A stretch of 64,000 nt of DNA from an uncultured Verrucomicrobiae bacterium (GTDB lineage Bacteria > Verrucomicrobiota > Verrucomicrobiia > Chthoniobacterales > Chthoniobacteraceae): the NCBI GenBank assembly GCA_963769025.1, contig CAVYKI010000003.1, positions 1,184,001 through 1,248,000 on the forward strand, in the 5' to 3' direction. The notes beneath the pieces were generated by a model. That model ran no database searches. It was not told the origin of the DNA and saw only the letters and a program-made list of their open reading frames with translations. The position numbers and the translations under genes were made by a program. Below, one piece after another: positions 31,041-42,763 of the stretch. Each line of letters begins with the position of its first letter. Position 1 is the first letter of the stretch.

Positions 31041-33674
31041 GTGAAACTCATCCTCGCCCTCTGCCTCCTCGCCATGCACGCCTTCGCCTCAGACCTCGTG
31101 CTGCTCAGCGATGGAAAGTCGGACTACCAGATCGTCATGCCGGACAAGCTGCCGAACGCGGCGCTGACGGAGTGCGTGAATCAAACGGCGCGGCTCCTGC
31201 AGACCGCTTTCAAGGCGAACGGGGCCGACGTGGATGTCGTTTCCGAAGGCAAGCGCGACCGTGCGAAGCCGGCGCTGTTTCTCGGGAACACGCGGTTCGC
31301 GCAGGCGAGCGGCATCGAGGTGACGAAGCTGCGCGACTGGAGCTACGTGCATCGGGTGGTCGGGAGCGATGTGATCATCGCCGGGAACGACCAGCCGGCA
31401 AGGGGCGAGACGCAGGACAAGCGGCGGCCGAACTGGGATCGCGTGGGCACGGCGAAGGCTGTGGTGGACTTTGTGCGGCAGTTCATGGGCGTGCGTTTCC
31501 TGTATCCCGATCTGCCGGGCTACACGCCGGTGAGCGGCGCGGCGAAGATTGATTTGCTGGCCTCGCCGGCGATCGAGTTTCTGCCGATGAAGACGATGGC
31601 TGTCCCGGCGGACCTGAGGGTGGAGAAGACGCCGCTGCTCCGGGTCAACACGGCGCATCCGGCAGGCGGTGGGTTTTACGATCTCGCGCACAATCGCTTT
31701 CCGCGCGTGGATGAGATGTTCGGCGGGCACACGTGGGAGCGTGCGGTGCCGGTGGAGAAATATGGCGCGACGCACCCGGAGTACTTTGCACTCGTCAGCG
31801 GCTCGCGGGTGAAGCCCGAGGGCGGCAGGGCGCAGTATTGCCTGTCGAATCCCGACGTGCAGGAGCTGATCTATCGCGATCTCGCGTCGTGGCTCGACCG
31901 CGGCTATGCATCGGTCGATCTCGGCCAGCCGGACGGCTTTCGCGAGTGCCAGTGCGACAACTGCGCGAAGCTCTACGGCACGGGCAAGGACTGGAGTGAG
32001 AAGATCTGGATCTTCAATCGCAACGTGGCCGAGCGGCTCGTGGAATCGCATCCCGGCAAGGACGTCACGATGATGTCCTACATCCTCACGGCGGTGCCGC
32101 CGAAGACCTTCAAGGCATTTCCGGCCAACACGTGCATCATGCTCACCGGCACGAACGACGAGGACATTGCACCGTGGCGCGGCATCGAGGTGCCGCGCGG
32201 CTTCACCGGCTACATCTACAACTGGTGCCCGAACCTCGGCACGCGCTACACGCCGATGCGCACGCCGGGGTTTATCGAGACGCAGGTGAAGCGGCTCGCG
32301 GCGAATCGCATCCAGTCGCTCTACCGCGACGGGCCGGGGCAGTTGTTCGGGCTCGAAGGGCCGGTGTATTACGTGATGGGCCGGATGTTCGACGATCCCG
32401 CGCACAACGCGGCGAAGGATCTCATGCCCGAGTTCTGCGAAGCCGCCTTCGGAAACAAGAGCGCCGCGTTTTACATGCGCTCGTTCTACGATCAGCTCTA
32501 CCACGCCATCGCGCTCTACTCGGATCACATCGGCACGCGCTGCGACGTGTGGACCTACCAGCCCATCGAGGGCCGCGCGCGAAAGACCGTGCAGGATCCG
32601 TTCCAGCTCATCGCCTTCCTTTACACGCCGAACCTCCTCGCCGCGCTCGAGGCCGATCTCACGCAGGCGGAGAAGGCCGCGCCCGCCGGGAAGGCGAAGA
32701 CGCGTCTTGCGCTCGTGCGCACAGAGTTTGAATACGTGCGTCATCTCGCCCGCGTCGTGCATTTGTATCAGGCGTATCAGATGCAACCCGATGGCGGCTC
32801 GCGCGACCGCCTGCTCGATGCCATCGACGCGCGCAACGCCTTCCTCGCCACGCTCTATGAAAAACGGGGCAACGGCGCTCCCGCTGGCAATTGGTCATAC
32901 GTCCTATTCCCGTTTCCCGGGCACGACACCCACCACCTCCGCCTCGCGCTACGACGGCTACCAGGAGCCGTATGCCAACACCTGCCTGAACTGGGACACC
33001 AAGGCCATGCGCAGCGCTCCCGTGCCCGGCAAGAAGCGCCTCGCCGTGGCGCAGGCCAGAGGACCGGTCACGCTCGACGCGCCGCAGTGGCGAGCAAGCC
33101 GCCGCCCACGAACTCACCGTCGTGCCGCCGCTGAACAAGCTGCCGCGCAAGACGACGCTGCGGCTGCTCTACGACAAGGCGAATCTCTACATCCGCGCGG
33201 AGAGCGAACTCGAAGCCGACGGTCCCGCGGAGTTCCCGAAGTGGAACCGCGATCGCGTCCGCTCACGAATCAGGAAGCCTTCGACCTCTACCTCCAGCCG
33301 CAGACCGCGCGCGACATCTTCTACCGCCTCACGCGTCGGCGCGAATGCCGATTCGAAATACGACGCGGCGAGCGGCTTCATCACCGACGCGATGGACCCG
33401 CGCCACGGCAAGGACGATCCCGACCTGGAACGGCGAGTGGCAGGCCGAGTCGCGCATCGATGCGAAGGAGCATCGCTGGCACACGCTCGTCACGATTCCG
33501 TTCAAGACCCTCGCCGCCGAGCCGCCGGCGCCCGGGCGTGACCTGGCGGGCGAACTTCGCCCGCTATCACCGACCTGCCGCGCGAGAAAGTCGATCGCTC
33601 CATCTGGTCCTCCTCGATCAGCAGCACGAGCATGGACGATCGCTCCGATCTTCGGAGAGATCGTGTTCGAGTAG
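31041..33674 (+). CDS. Second DUF4838 domain protein with a C-terminal CBM9-like domain; frameshifts after 32945
   Basis: GTG start with signal peptide VKLILALCLLAMHAFA; GVRFLYP, HPEYFAL, QYCLSNPDV, CQCDNC, MPEFCEAAFG; tail RLLYDKANLYI, WHTLVTIPFKTL. Confidence 0.75.
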
Positions 33675-33749
33675 AGCGTCCCGCCCGGTTTTCCCGAAAC
33701 ACATCGAGCCCAAATTTCCCCCCGACACCAAAATCATCCCCGAATTACC

Positions 33750-35182
<1,433 letters not shown>

Positions 35183-35191
35183 ACGACTGCC

Positions 35192-36622
35192 ATGAGACCG
35201 AACATTTCCGCCATCTCCGCTCTGCTGCTGGCTTCGTTCGCATCGCTCCACGCTGCGGATGAACCCATCGCCATCGGCTCGCGGCGCGAGCTGTTCGTGG
35301 ACCGGTTGCTCGTGGGCGAACTGAGGAACGCCGCGCTGAAGCTCCACGAGCCGCGGCTTGCGGAGGCGCTGACGAATGGCGCGCGGCCGCACGGCCATTA
35401 CGCCACGGTGCTGAAGGCGGAGGACAAGTTTCAGTTCTACTACCGGGACGACAAGGATCCGAAGGTGACCTGGAAGACGCACGGCATCGAGGGCTACCAC
35501 GACGGCGAGGTGACGCTCTATGCGCAGAGCAAGGATGCCATTCACTGGACGCTGCCGAAGCTCGGCCTCTTCGAGCACCCGAGCTTCCCGGCGGGCAATA
35601 TCGTGCTGATGGACGAGTTTTTGGTGAACCACAATTTCACGCCATTCATCGACACGAAGCCCGGAACGCCCTCGGACCAGAAATACAAGGCGCTCGGAGG
35701 GCTCGCGTTTCAGCCGCATCAGGTGGCGGTGCGCGACAAGCGCGGGCCGGGCGGGCTGAAGGCATTCGTTTCACCCGATGGGATTCATTGGAAGAAGCTC
35801 CGCGATGAGCCGGTGGTTTCGGAGGAGTGGGGCAAGTATTTTGACTCGCAGAATTACGCGTTCTGGAGCGAGAGCGAGCAGCGCTACGTGTGCTACTTCC
35901 GCCGCTTCATCAAGGGCTATCGAGGCATCGCGCGCACGACGTCGGAGGACTTTGTTCACTGGACGCCGCCGGTCGAAATGCCGGCGAACCTGCCAGGCGA
36001 GCACCTCTACACATCGTGCACGCAGCCTTACTTTCGCGCGCCGCACATCTACGTGGCGATGCCCACGCGCTTCATGGACAAGCGCGGCGCTGCGACGGAC
36101 ATCCTTTTCATGACGACGCGCGGCGGGGGCGCGTATGACCGTGAGTTTACGCAGAGCTTCATCCGTCCCGGCCTCAGCAAGGATGGCTGGGCGAACCGCG
36201 CGAACTATGCGGCCATCGGCATCCATCAGACGGGTGACACCGAGATGTCCATGTTTCTCACGGGGGGCCGGCGCTACACGCTGCGGCTGGATGGGTTTGT
36301 GTCGGTGAATGCGCCGCTGGCCGGTGGTGAATTCATCACGAAGCCGCTCACCTTCTCCGGCAGGCAGCTCGAGATGAACTACGCGACCAGCGCTGCGGGT
36401 CAGATGCGCGTGGAAATGCAGGACGGCGAAGGCAAACCGCTGCCCGGATTTTCGCTGGCAGACTGCGAACCGATCTGGGGCGACCACATCGCGCGCGTCG
36501 TGAAGTGGAAAGGCGGCGAGGATGTCGGCTCCCATGCGGGCAAGCCCGTGCGGCTGCGTTTTGAGATGAGTGACGCCGACCTTTTCTCGATCCGTTTTGC
36601 CGATGCCGACGCGGCTCGCTGA
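35192..36622 (+). CDS. Secreted five-bladed beta-propeller glycoside hydrolase-like protein (GH32/43/130-like) with a C-terminal beta-sandwich
   Basis: Signal peptide; IGSRRELFVD, SKDAIHWTLP, SPDGIHW, FDSQN..FW, SEDFVHWT, RYTLRLDGFVS, GKPVRLRF. Confidence 0.7.
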   Translation: MRPNISAISALLLASFASLHAADEPIAIGSRRELFVDRLLVGELRNAALKLHEPRLAEALTNGARPHGHYATVLKAEDKFQFYYRDDKDPKVTWKTHGIEGYHDGEVTLYAQSKDAIHWTLPKLGLFEHPSFPAGNIVLMDEFLVNHNFTPFIDTKPGTPSDQKYKALGGLAFQPHQVAVRDKRGPGGLKAFVSPDGIHWKKLRDEPVVSEEWGKYFDSQNYAFWSESEQRYVCYFRRFIKGYRGIARTTSEDFVHWTPPVEMPANLPGEHLYTSCTQPYFRAPHIYVAMPTRFMDKRGAATDILFMTTRGGGAYDREFTQSFIRPGLSKDGWANRANYAAIGIHQTGDTEMSMFLTGGRRYTLRLDGFVSVNAPLAGGEFITKPLTFSGRQLEMNYATSAAGQMRVEMQDGEGKPLPGFSLADCEPIWGDHIARVVKWKGGEDVGSHAGKPVRLRFEMSDADLFSIRFADADAAR

Positions 36623-36673
36623 GCGTGCGTGTTCGCTGTTCCTTTCCGCGGTACGGGCTGCTAGAAGCGCGGC

Positions 36674-37165
36674 ATGCCTTCATTCGATATCACTTCCGAA
36701 GTGGACAAGCAGGAGCTGGACAACGCCATCAACCAGGCGCGGAAGGAGCTCGCGAACCGGTTCGATTTCAAGGGCTCTACGGCGAAGATCGAGCTCGATG
36801 AGAAGGAGTCGAAGATCAAACTTTCCGCCGAGGACGCCGGCCGCCTGAAGAGCCTGCAGGAAATCGTCATCGGCAAGCTCTCGAAGCGCGGCGTGGACCT
36901 CCGGAATGTGGACCGGAAGGATCCGGCGATTTCGCCGCTCGGGCACGCGACGCAGGAGCTCGTGATCAAGCAGGGTCTCGATGGCGAGAAGGCGAAGGAG
37001 ATCATCAAGGCGATCAAGGAGCGCGGGCTGAAGGTGCAGAGCGCGCTGCAGGAGCGGCAGATCCGCGTGACGGGAAAAAGCCGCGATGACTTGCAGGATG
37101 TGATCGCGTTCTGCCGGGCGGGGGAATTCGAGGTCGGGCTGCAGTTCGGCAATTTCCGCGACTGA
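36674..37165 (+). CDS. yajQ: YajQ family nucleotide/c-di-GMP-binding protein
   Basis: MPSFDITSEVDKQELDNAINQA, RFDFKGS, IRVTGKSRDDLQ, LQFGNFRD. Confidence 0.95.
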   Translation: MPSFDITSEVDKQELDNAINQARKELANRFDFKGSTAKIELDEKESKIKLSAEDAGRLKSLQEIVIGKLSKRGVDLRNVDRKDPAISPLGHATQELVIKQGLDGEKAKEIIKAIKERGLKVQSALQERQIRVTGKSRDDLQDVIAFCRAGEFEVGLQFGNFRD

Positions 37166-37477
37166 TCGCATCCATTTTCGATGCGCAGAGGCGGGAGCGC
37201 GGAGCCCTGCGGTGAGAAGCACATCGGCGAAACGACAGGTGTTCAGTTGGAAAGCCGACGGGCATTTTCCCACGGACCGCAAGCCTCGCGGCACCGGAGC
37301 AAATCGAACGCGCCCCCGATGCGCGCGGCGGGCCGTGAGGCCATGCCCCGGCTTCATCGACAGCTGTCCCCATCTGCCGCAGTCGCCGATTGCCTCCCGG
37401 CCGCGCCGGCGCAGGGACCGGGCGCGTCCGACGCGCCCGATGGGAGTGATTTAAGCGCAAACGAAGGCGCGGCGTCC

Positions 37478-37521
37478 ATGGGGTGAACGCACAAAAGGAT
37501 ATAGGGTGAAAACCCCATATC
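37478..37521. promoter_or_regulatory. Candidate transcription-factor boxes upstream of the response regulator
   Basis: Imperfect palindrome GATATAGGGTGAAAACCCCATATC (37498-37521) plus the related ATGGGGTGAACGCACA 23 bp upstream. Confidence 0.4.
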
Positions 37522-37622
37522 GTTCCGCTTGCCGAACGCTCCGCGATCGGGGCAATCTGATTCAGGTCGATGTGGTTGATTGCGAAAGGCCCGCGCGCTG
37601 CCACTCCCCCGGAAAAGGACGA

Positions 37623-38276
37623 ATGACAAACACAAGCACCCCAGCACGAGCAGTGACAGCGCGGATTTTGATCGTGGACGATCACCCCGGGGTGGCGCTC
37701 GGCTACGGATTGGTTTTTCAAAAGCGCGGCTACGAGACGCGCACGGCGAAAAACGTCACCGAGGCACTGAAGATGTGTAACCGGCAGTGCCCGGACATCG
37801 TGCTGGCGGATTTGCACCTCCCGGATCGGGACGGCGTGGCGCTGCTCCATGCGTTGCGCGATGAGCATATGCGCGCCCGTGTGGTGCTCATTACGGGCGA
37901 CGAGAGCGACCGCGTCATCCGTGCGGCGACGCTGGCGCGCCCGGACGGGTTCGTTCACAAGTCCGACTCGATGGAGGAGATCGTGCAGACGGTGCTGACG
38001 GTGGCCGGAGGGGGTACGGGCTTCACGCCGCGCATCACCAAGGCCGGACGCACCAGGCCGCAGAGCGATGCGGAGGCATTCCTCACCGAAGTGACGCCTG
38101 CGGAACGCGAGGTATGGGTGCTCGTCGCACAAGGCCGGACGCTGAAGGAGATGGCCGAGATGCTCGGCAAATCCGAGAGCACGCTGGACAACCAGCGCAC
38201 CCGGCTCATGCGCCGGCTCGGCGTCCACAAATCCGCGGAGCTGACGCGGCTGGCGGTCGAGGCGGGACTGATCTAG
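37623..38276 (+). CDS. NarL/LuxR family response regulator (REC + HTH), no adjacent kinase
   Basis: ILIVDDHP, PDIVLADLHLPDRDG, GFVHK, VTPAEREV, GRTLKEMAEMLGKSESTLDNQRTRLMRRLG. Confidence 0.9.
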   Translation: MTNTSTPARAVTARILIVDDHPGVALGYGLVFQKRGYETRTAKNVTEALKMCNRQCPDIVLADLHLPDRDGVALLHALRDEHMRARVVLITGDESDRVIRAATLARPDGFVHKSDSMEEIVQTVLTVAGGGTGFTPRITKAGRTRPQSDAEAFLTEVTPAEREVWVLVAQGRTLKEMAEMLGKSESTLDNQRTRLMRRLGVHKSAELTRLAVEAGLI

Positions 38277-38328
38277 GCGCGCGGAAAAACTTCGCGCGGC
38301 GCGTTTCTTCCGCGTATCCGCGTTCGGG

Positions 38329-39076
38329 ATGAGCAAGCCCATTTCCGTCCTTGTCACCGGCTCATCCGGAAGAATCGGTCGCGCCGCCGTGGCTGAACTG
38401 ATGCGCCGCGGGCACATGGTGCGGGGATTTGATCGGACGCCCACTCCAGGCCTGGAGGATTGCGTGATCGGTGACCTGACGGACCGTGGGGCGCTGGATC
38501 ATGCGATGGAGAAAATGGAGTGCCTCGTGCATCTCGCGGCGACGCCGGACGACGCACCCTTTCTCGAAAGCCTGCTGCCGAACAACATCACCGGGCTTTT
38601 CCACGTGATGGAGGCGGCGCGCTGCGCGGGCGTCGGGCGGGTCGTGCTTGCGAGCTCGGGGCAGGTGAACTGGTGGCAGCAGGCCACGGGGCCATTTCCC
38701 ATCCGGCCCGAACACCCGACGAGCCCGAAGGCGTGGTACGCGGCGACGAAGATGTTCATGGAATCGGCGGGTCGCACCTACGTGGAGATGCACGGGATGA
38801 GCGCCATCATCGCGCGGCTGGGCTGGTGCCCGCGCGATCTCGGCCAGGTGGCGGAAATCGCGGCGAGCGAGCTGTTCCGCGACGTCTATTTGAGCCCGGG
38901 CGACGCGGGGCGGTTCATCGCTTGCGCGGTCGAGGCAGCCGCCGGAGGTGCGCCATTCCGTCGTGTACGCCACGAGCCGTCCGCTCGTGCAGGCGCGGTT
39001 CGATCTCGGTTCCGCGGAGCGGGATCTCGGCTACGTGCCGCAGGAGAGCTGGCCGTGCGGGAGCGAGGATTTTTGA
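38329..39076 (+). CDS. NAD-dependent epimerase/dehydrogenase (uronate dehydrogenase-like); frameshift near 38950
   Basis: VLVTGSSGRIG, LVHLAA, LASS, YAATK, YLSPGD; the shifted frame ends ...AERDLGYVPQESWPCGSEDF at TGA 39074-39076. Confidence 0.8.
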
Positions 39077-39334
39077 TCGGCGGAGGCTGCGCCATTTCCC
39101 GGGCTGCGACGCGGGGACAACGGGAAGCGGAAGGAGGTTGTCGTCGGCGACCTCAGCCACGGCAACCGGATGACGCTGGCCTTGCACGAACAGCAATCTG
39201 CAGCCTCCGGAATGACAGCCGGCGCAAATTTTTGTTTTTTGTGTTCCCATTCAATCGACGTTCGCGTAGGGAGTCGCGCGCTGGCCGGGTTTTCCCTCCG
39301 CACCCGTCGTCCAGCAGGGAACCAACAAACCAAC

Positions 39335-39664
39335 ATGGTCAACAAACGAGATAAAGCCGAGGGAGCCAAGAAAGTGGCTGCCACCACCGCGCCTAAGAGC
39401 CGCGTTGCAACGAAATCGAAGGCCGCGACCCGCGCTGCGAGTGCCGCGCCAGTCGTGAAGGCCCCGCCAGTCGTCAAAGCCGCCAAGCCGGCGAAAGCGA
39501 AGACTGCGAAGCCCGCCACCATCCGCCAGGAGGACGTCGCGTTCCGCGCGTATCTCATCGGGGAAAAGCGCCAGCAACTGGGGCTTCCTGGTGACGCCCT
39601 TAGCGACTGGGTCGAGGCCGAGCGCCAATTGCTCGGCGAGCGCGCGACCCACGGGGTCAACTAG
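39335..39664 (+). CDS. DUF2934 domain protein with a Lys/Ala/Pro-rich N-terminus
   Basis: EDVAFRAYLIGEKR..G..GDALSDWVEAERQL preceded by KAAKPAKAKTAKPA low-complexity sequence. Confidence 0.75.
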   Translation: MVNKRDKAEGAKKVAATTAPKSRVATKSKAATRAASAAPVVKAPPVVKAAKPAKAKTAKPATIRQEDVAFRAYLIGEKRQQLGLPGDALSDWVEAERQLLGERATHGVN

Positions 39665-39842
39665 ACCGCTCCCTCCGGGGAACTGCACAGCAGGCGGGTG
39701 CCCGCCTGCGTCATCATTTACGCGTGGTGCGGCCGCGTGCGCGCATCGTGCTGCCGTCAACCCGCGCAGCCGGGATCCGGCTGCGCGCCTGAGTTTCGCC
39801 TTTCACACGCCCTTGGCGTGCGATAGAAGCGCTGCCGCCCCC

Positions 39843-40256
39843 ATGTACTCCACCGTCGTCGCGATCCTCATCGGCATTCTTGGCGGGGTCGTCGCGGCCC
39901 TCTGCGGCGTCGGTGGCGGAGTCGTCATGGTGCCGGCTTTTGTGCTGCTCCTGAAGATGGATCAAAAGGGTGCCGTGGCCACGTCGCTCGCCGCGATCGT
40001 GCTCACGGCGTTGTGCACAAGCTTCAAGAATCACGCGAATGGTTTCATCCTTTGGAAAGTCGCCGTTCCGGCTGGAATCGCCGGGGGTATCATCGGATGG
40101 CTGGCGGCAGACTGGTTGAAAAAGCTTCAGGATGTGACGCTTACGAGAATTTTCGCCACGCTCATGATCGCCTTCGGCGTTCAGATGTGGGTGCAGTCCA
40201 TTAAGAAGAATGACTTATCGAAAGCAGATGACATCAGCGGTTTCAGTCACGGATAA
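39843..40256 (+). CDS. Half-size TauE/SafE (TSUP) family membrane protein
   Basis: GILGGVVAALCGVGGGVVMVP, QKGAVATSLA, LTRIFA; 137 aa. Confidence 0.85.
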   Translation: MYSTVVAILIGILGGVVAALCGVGGGVVMVPAFVLLLKMDQKGAVATSLAAIVLTALCTSFKNHANGFILWKVAVPAGIAGGIIGWLAADWLKKLQDVTLTRIFATLMIAFGVQMWVQSIKKNDLSKADDISGFSHG

Positions 40257-40274
40257 AAAAAACTAAAAATAGAC

Positions 40275-40302
40275 TTGCGGCTTTTTGGGAGTGCGTTAAT
40301 GT
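40275..40302 (+). promoter_or_regulatory. Putative sigma70 promoter with an A-tract UP element
   Basis: ATAAAAAAAACTAAAAATAGAC then TTGCGG-N16-TAATGT. Confidence 0.55.
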
Positions 40303-40307
40303 CTGTC

Positions 40308-40401
40308 CAGCGTTCGGAAGCGGATGCGAAGATTTATAAACTGTTCTGGGGGGAACATCGGCCCTCCGTAGCCAATCGGTTGCGGGGGGCCGAACTCTTT
40401 T
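40308..40401 (+). ncRNA. Candidate small RNA or attenuated leader
   Basis: About 95 nt between the promoter at 40275-40302 and the terminator at 40358-40401; no known family recognised. Confidence 0.35.
40358..40401 (+). terminator. Intrinsic terminator-like hairpin
   Basis: 16-bp stem TCGGCCCTCCGTAGCC/GGTTGCGGGGGGCCGA (3 G-U pairs, valid only on the + strand), loop AATC, then ACTCTTTT. Confidence 0.65.
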
Positions 40402-40502
40402 CAAGGGGTGCGAGGGGATTTCGATAAACCGGAGGTTGCACTCTTTGCCGGTGCGAGCAATGCTCCGGGCGACGTGAAAGCATCCGCCAACCACCACAGG
40501 TC

Positions 40503-41576
40503 ATGAGGATTGGGCTTGTTCGCAGAGGCTATTCGGCGAGCGGCGGGGCGGAGGCTTATCTTTTGCGGTTTGCGGCGGCGGCACGCGCGGCGGGGCACGA
40601 GCCGGTGCTCATCTGCGGGGCTGAATGGCCGGAGGGCGCCTGGCCGCACGAGCGTGTCGTGGTGGCCGGGAAAACGCCGGAAGGGTTTGCGGATCGGCTG
40701 GAGGATCGCCGTGAGAGCGGGGGGTGGGATGTGCTTTTCAGCCTGGAGCGCGTGTGGGCCTGCGACGTGTATCGCGCGGGCGATGGCGTGCATGCGGCCT
40801 GGCTGGAGCGGCGGCGGGAGTTTGAGCCGCCGTGGCGCGGCTGGTTCCGCAGCCTGCAGCGGAAACATCGCGAGATTCTGGAACTGGAATGCGCGCTCTT
40901 CACCGGCGGCGCGCGGCGTGTCATCGCGAATTCGCAGATGGTGAAGGACGAGATCATCCGCTTCTACGGCACGGCAGCCGAGCAGGTGCATGTGGTCCAC
41001 AATGGCGTCCCGACCCACGCCGCGGAACCGGGAGCGCGGGAGGCCCTGCGCGCGGAACTCGGAATCGCGCCGCAGGAATTCGTCGCGCTGTTTGCCGGGA
41101 CCGGATGGGATCGCAAGGGACTGCGCTACGCCATCGCCGCGGTGAAGGCGCTGAAAAACCCGGTGACGCTGCTCGTGGCTGGGCGCGGCGACCAGCGCGG
41201 GCTGCCAAAGTCGGGCCGGGTGAAATTCCTCGGCGCGCTTCCGGGCGAAAGGCTGCGCGCGGTAATGGCGGCGGCGGATGTCTTCATCCTGCCGACGCTC
41301 TACGATCCGTTTTCCAACGCGTGCATCGAGGCGCTCGCCGCCGGGTTGCCGGTGATCACCACGACCGCGAACGGCTTTTCCGAAATCCTCGAACCAGGCG
41401 TGCATGGCGACGCAGTCGCGCCCGGCGACACGAGGGCGCTCGCGACGGCGCTCGCGGCGTGGGCCGATCCGCAGCGCCGCGAGGCTGTGCGTCCGCGACT
41501 GCTGGAAAAGGCGGCGCGCTGCTCGGTGGAGGAGAACCTCGCGCGCACGCTCGAGGTGATCACCGCCGCTTCGTAG
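40503..41576 (+). CDS. Glycosyltransferase family 4 (WaaG/RfaG-like LPS core glycosyltransferase)
   Basis: GGAEAY, DVYRAGDGVH, VIANSQMVK, RKGL, DVFILPTLYDPFSNACIEALAAGLPVITT. Confidence 0.88.
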   Translation: MRIGLVRRGYSASGGAEAYLLRFAAAARAAGHEPVLICGAEWPEGAWPHERVVVAGKTPEGFADRLEDRRESGGWDVLFSLERVWACDVYRAGDGVHAAWLERRREFEPPWRGWFRSLQRKHREILELECALFTGGARRVIANSQMVKDEIIRFYGTAAEQVHVVHNGVPTHAAEPGAREALRAELGIAPQEFVALFAGTGWDRKGLRYAIAAVKALKNPVTLLVAGRGDQRGLPKSGRVKFLGALPGERLRAVMAAADVFILPTLYDPFSNACIEALAAGLPVITTTANGFSEILEPGVHGDAVAPGDTRALATALAAWADPQRREAVRPRLLEKAARCSVEENLARTLEVITAAS

Positions 41577-41598
41577 CCCGGCGGCACCGCGATTTTCC

Positions 41599-41627
41599 TC
41601 TGCGCGAAATCTGCGCAATCTGCGGAT
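41599..41627. repeat. Short TCTGCG tandem repeat
   Basis: TCTGCGCGAAA-TCTGCGCAA-TCTGCGGAT in the intergenic gap. Confidence 0.4.
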
Positions 41628-41725
41628 CCCGCCTGCATCGCCTCTTGCCGAACAGCCGGGGACGGCTAAGAAGGCGCGCCCCGCACGGGTTAACCACCCG
41701 CTTGAGGCCGACGAAACTCCCACAC

Positions 41726-42763
41726 TTGAAGACCAAACTCCTCCTCTGCGCGCTGCCTCTCGCCCTCGGGCTCGCCGGCTGCGACCGCAAAACCGCCCGC
41801 GTCTATGACGCGCCGAAGGATCGCCCTTTCGTCCCGCAGAAGGAGGAAGCCCATTTTGAGGGCGACGGGCACGACCACTCGCCCAAGCCCGCGGCGCGCG
41901 CGGATGAGAAAATCTGGCGTCCCGCGCTGACGTGGACGCTGCCCGCAGGCTGGAAGGACGCGGGGCCGGACGCTGCGAATGTCGGGCGCTTTGCGGCAGG
42001 AGACGCATCGGTCGCGATCACGGCGCTGACTTCGATGGAGGGAAAAGAGACCATCCTCGTGAACATGTGGCGGCAGGTGCGCGGCGAGGAGCCGCTGGAG
42101 GAAGCGGAGGCCGCGAAGCTCCTGAAGGAAGTGCCGGTCGCGGATGGGAAAGGAAGCATGTTCGAGTTCGCCGACGCGCAGGGCGAAAAGCCGAACCGCT
42201 TCGTCGTCGCGTTCACGCATCGGAGCGAGGGGAGTTTGTTTTTCAAAATCCAAGGTCCGGACGCCGCGGTCACGGCGCAGAAGCCCGCGTTTTTTGAATT
42301 CCTGAAGACGGTCCGCTTTGCCGAAGGCGCCGCACCGGCTCCCGCATCCGCTTCCGCGGAACGGCGCTGGCCGGGGACCGTGCCTGCGGACTGGACGCAG
42401 GTCGCGCCGGGGCCGATGCAGCAGGCGAAATTTACCGTGCCGGAAAAGGACGGCGCGAAGGCGGACGTGGCCGTGAGCGTCTTCCCCAGCTCCACGGGCG
42501 GCACGGTGGAAAATGTGAAACGCTGGCGCAAACAGATCGGCCTCGCAGACATCCCGGACGCGGAGATCGCGAAGCTCGCCCAGCCGCTCGCCGGCGCGCC
42601 GGAAGGCTCGATCATCGTCGATTTGAAAAACGAAGCGCGCTCGCTCACCGGCGCGATCATCCCTCTCAGCGGGCAGTGGTGGTTCTTCAAGCTCCTCGGC
42701 GACGCGCCCGCCGTCGCATCCGCGCGCGAGTCGTTCATCGCATTTCTCACCAAGGTCCACTGA
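41726..42763 (+). CDS. Uncharacterised lipoprotein with two repeated domains, first gene of the ccs operon
   Basis: TTG start, lipobox LAGC, His motif HFEGDGHDH, repeats WTLPAGW..VNMWRQ..FFKIQGP and TVPADW..VKRWRKQ..FFKLLGD; its stop overlaps the next start (TGATG). Confidence 0.75.
   Translation: MKTKLLLCALPLALGLAGCDRKTARVYDAPKDRPFVPQKEEAHFEGDGHDHSPKPAARADEKIWRPALTWTLPAGWKDAGPDAANVGRFAAGDASVAITALTSMEGKETILVNMWRQVRGEEPLEEAEAAKLLKEVPVADGKGSMFEFADAQGEKPNRFVVAFTHRSEGSLFFKIQGPDAAVTAQKPAFFEFLKTVRFAEGAAPAPASASAERRWPGTVPADWTQVAPGPMQQAKFTVPEKDGAKADVAVSVFPSSTGGTVENVKRWRKQIGLADIPDAEIAKLAQPLAGAPEGSIIVDLKNEARSLTGAIIPLSGQWWFFKLLGDAPAVASARESFIAFLTKVH

Noticed and set aside
39081..39209. CGGAGGCTGC...GCAGCCTCCG inverted ends around REP-like sequence (possible MITE)
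   Set aside because: Only a 10-bp match, no target-site duplication and no second copy in the window
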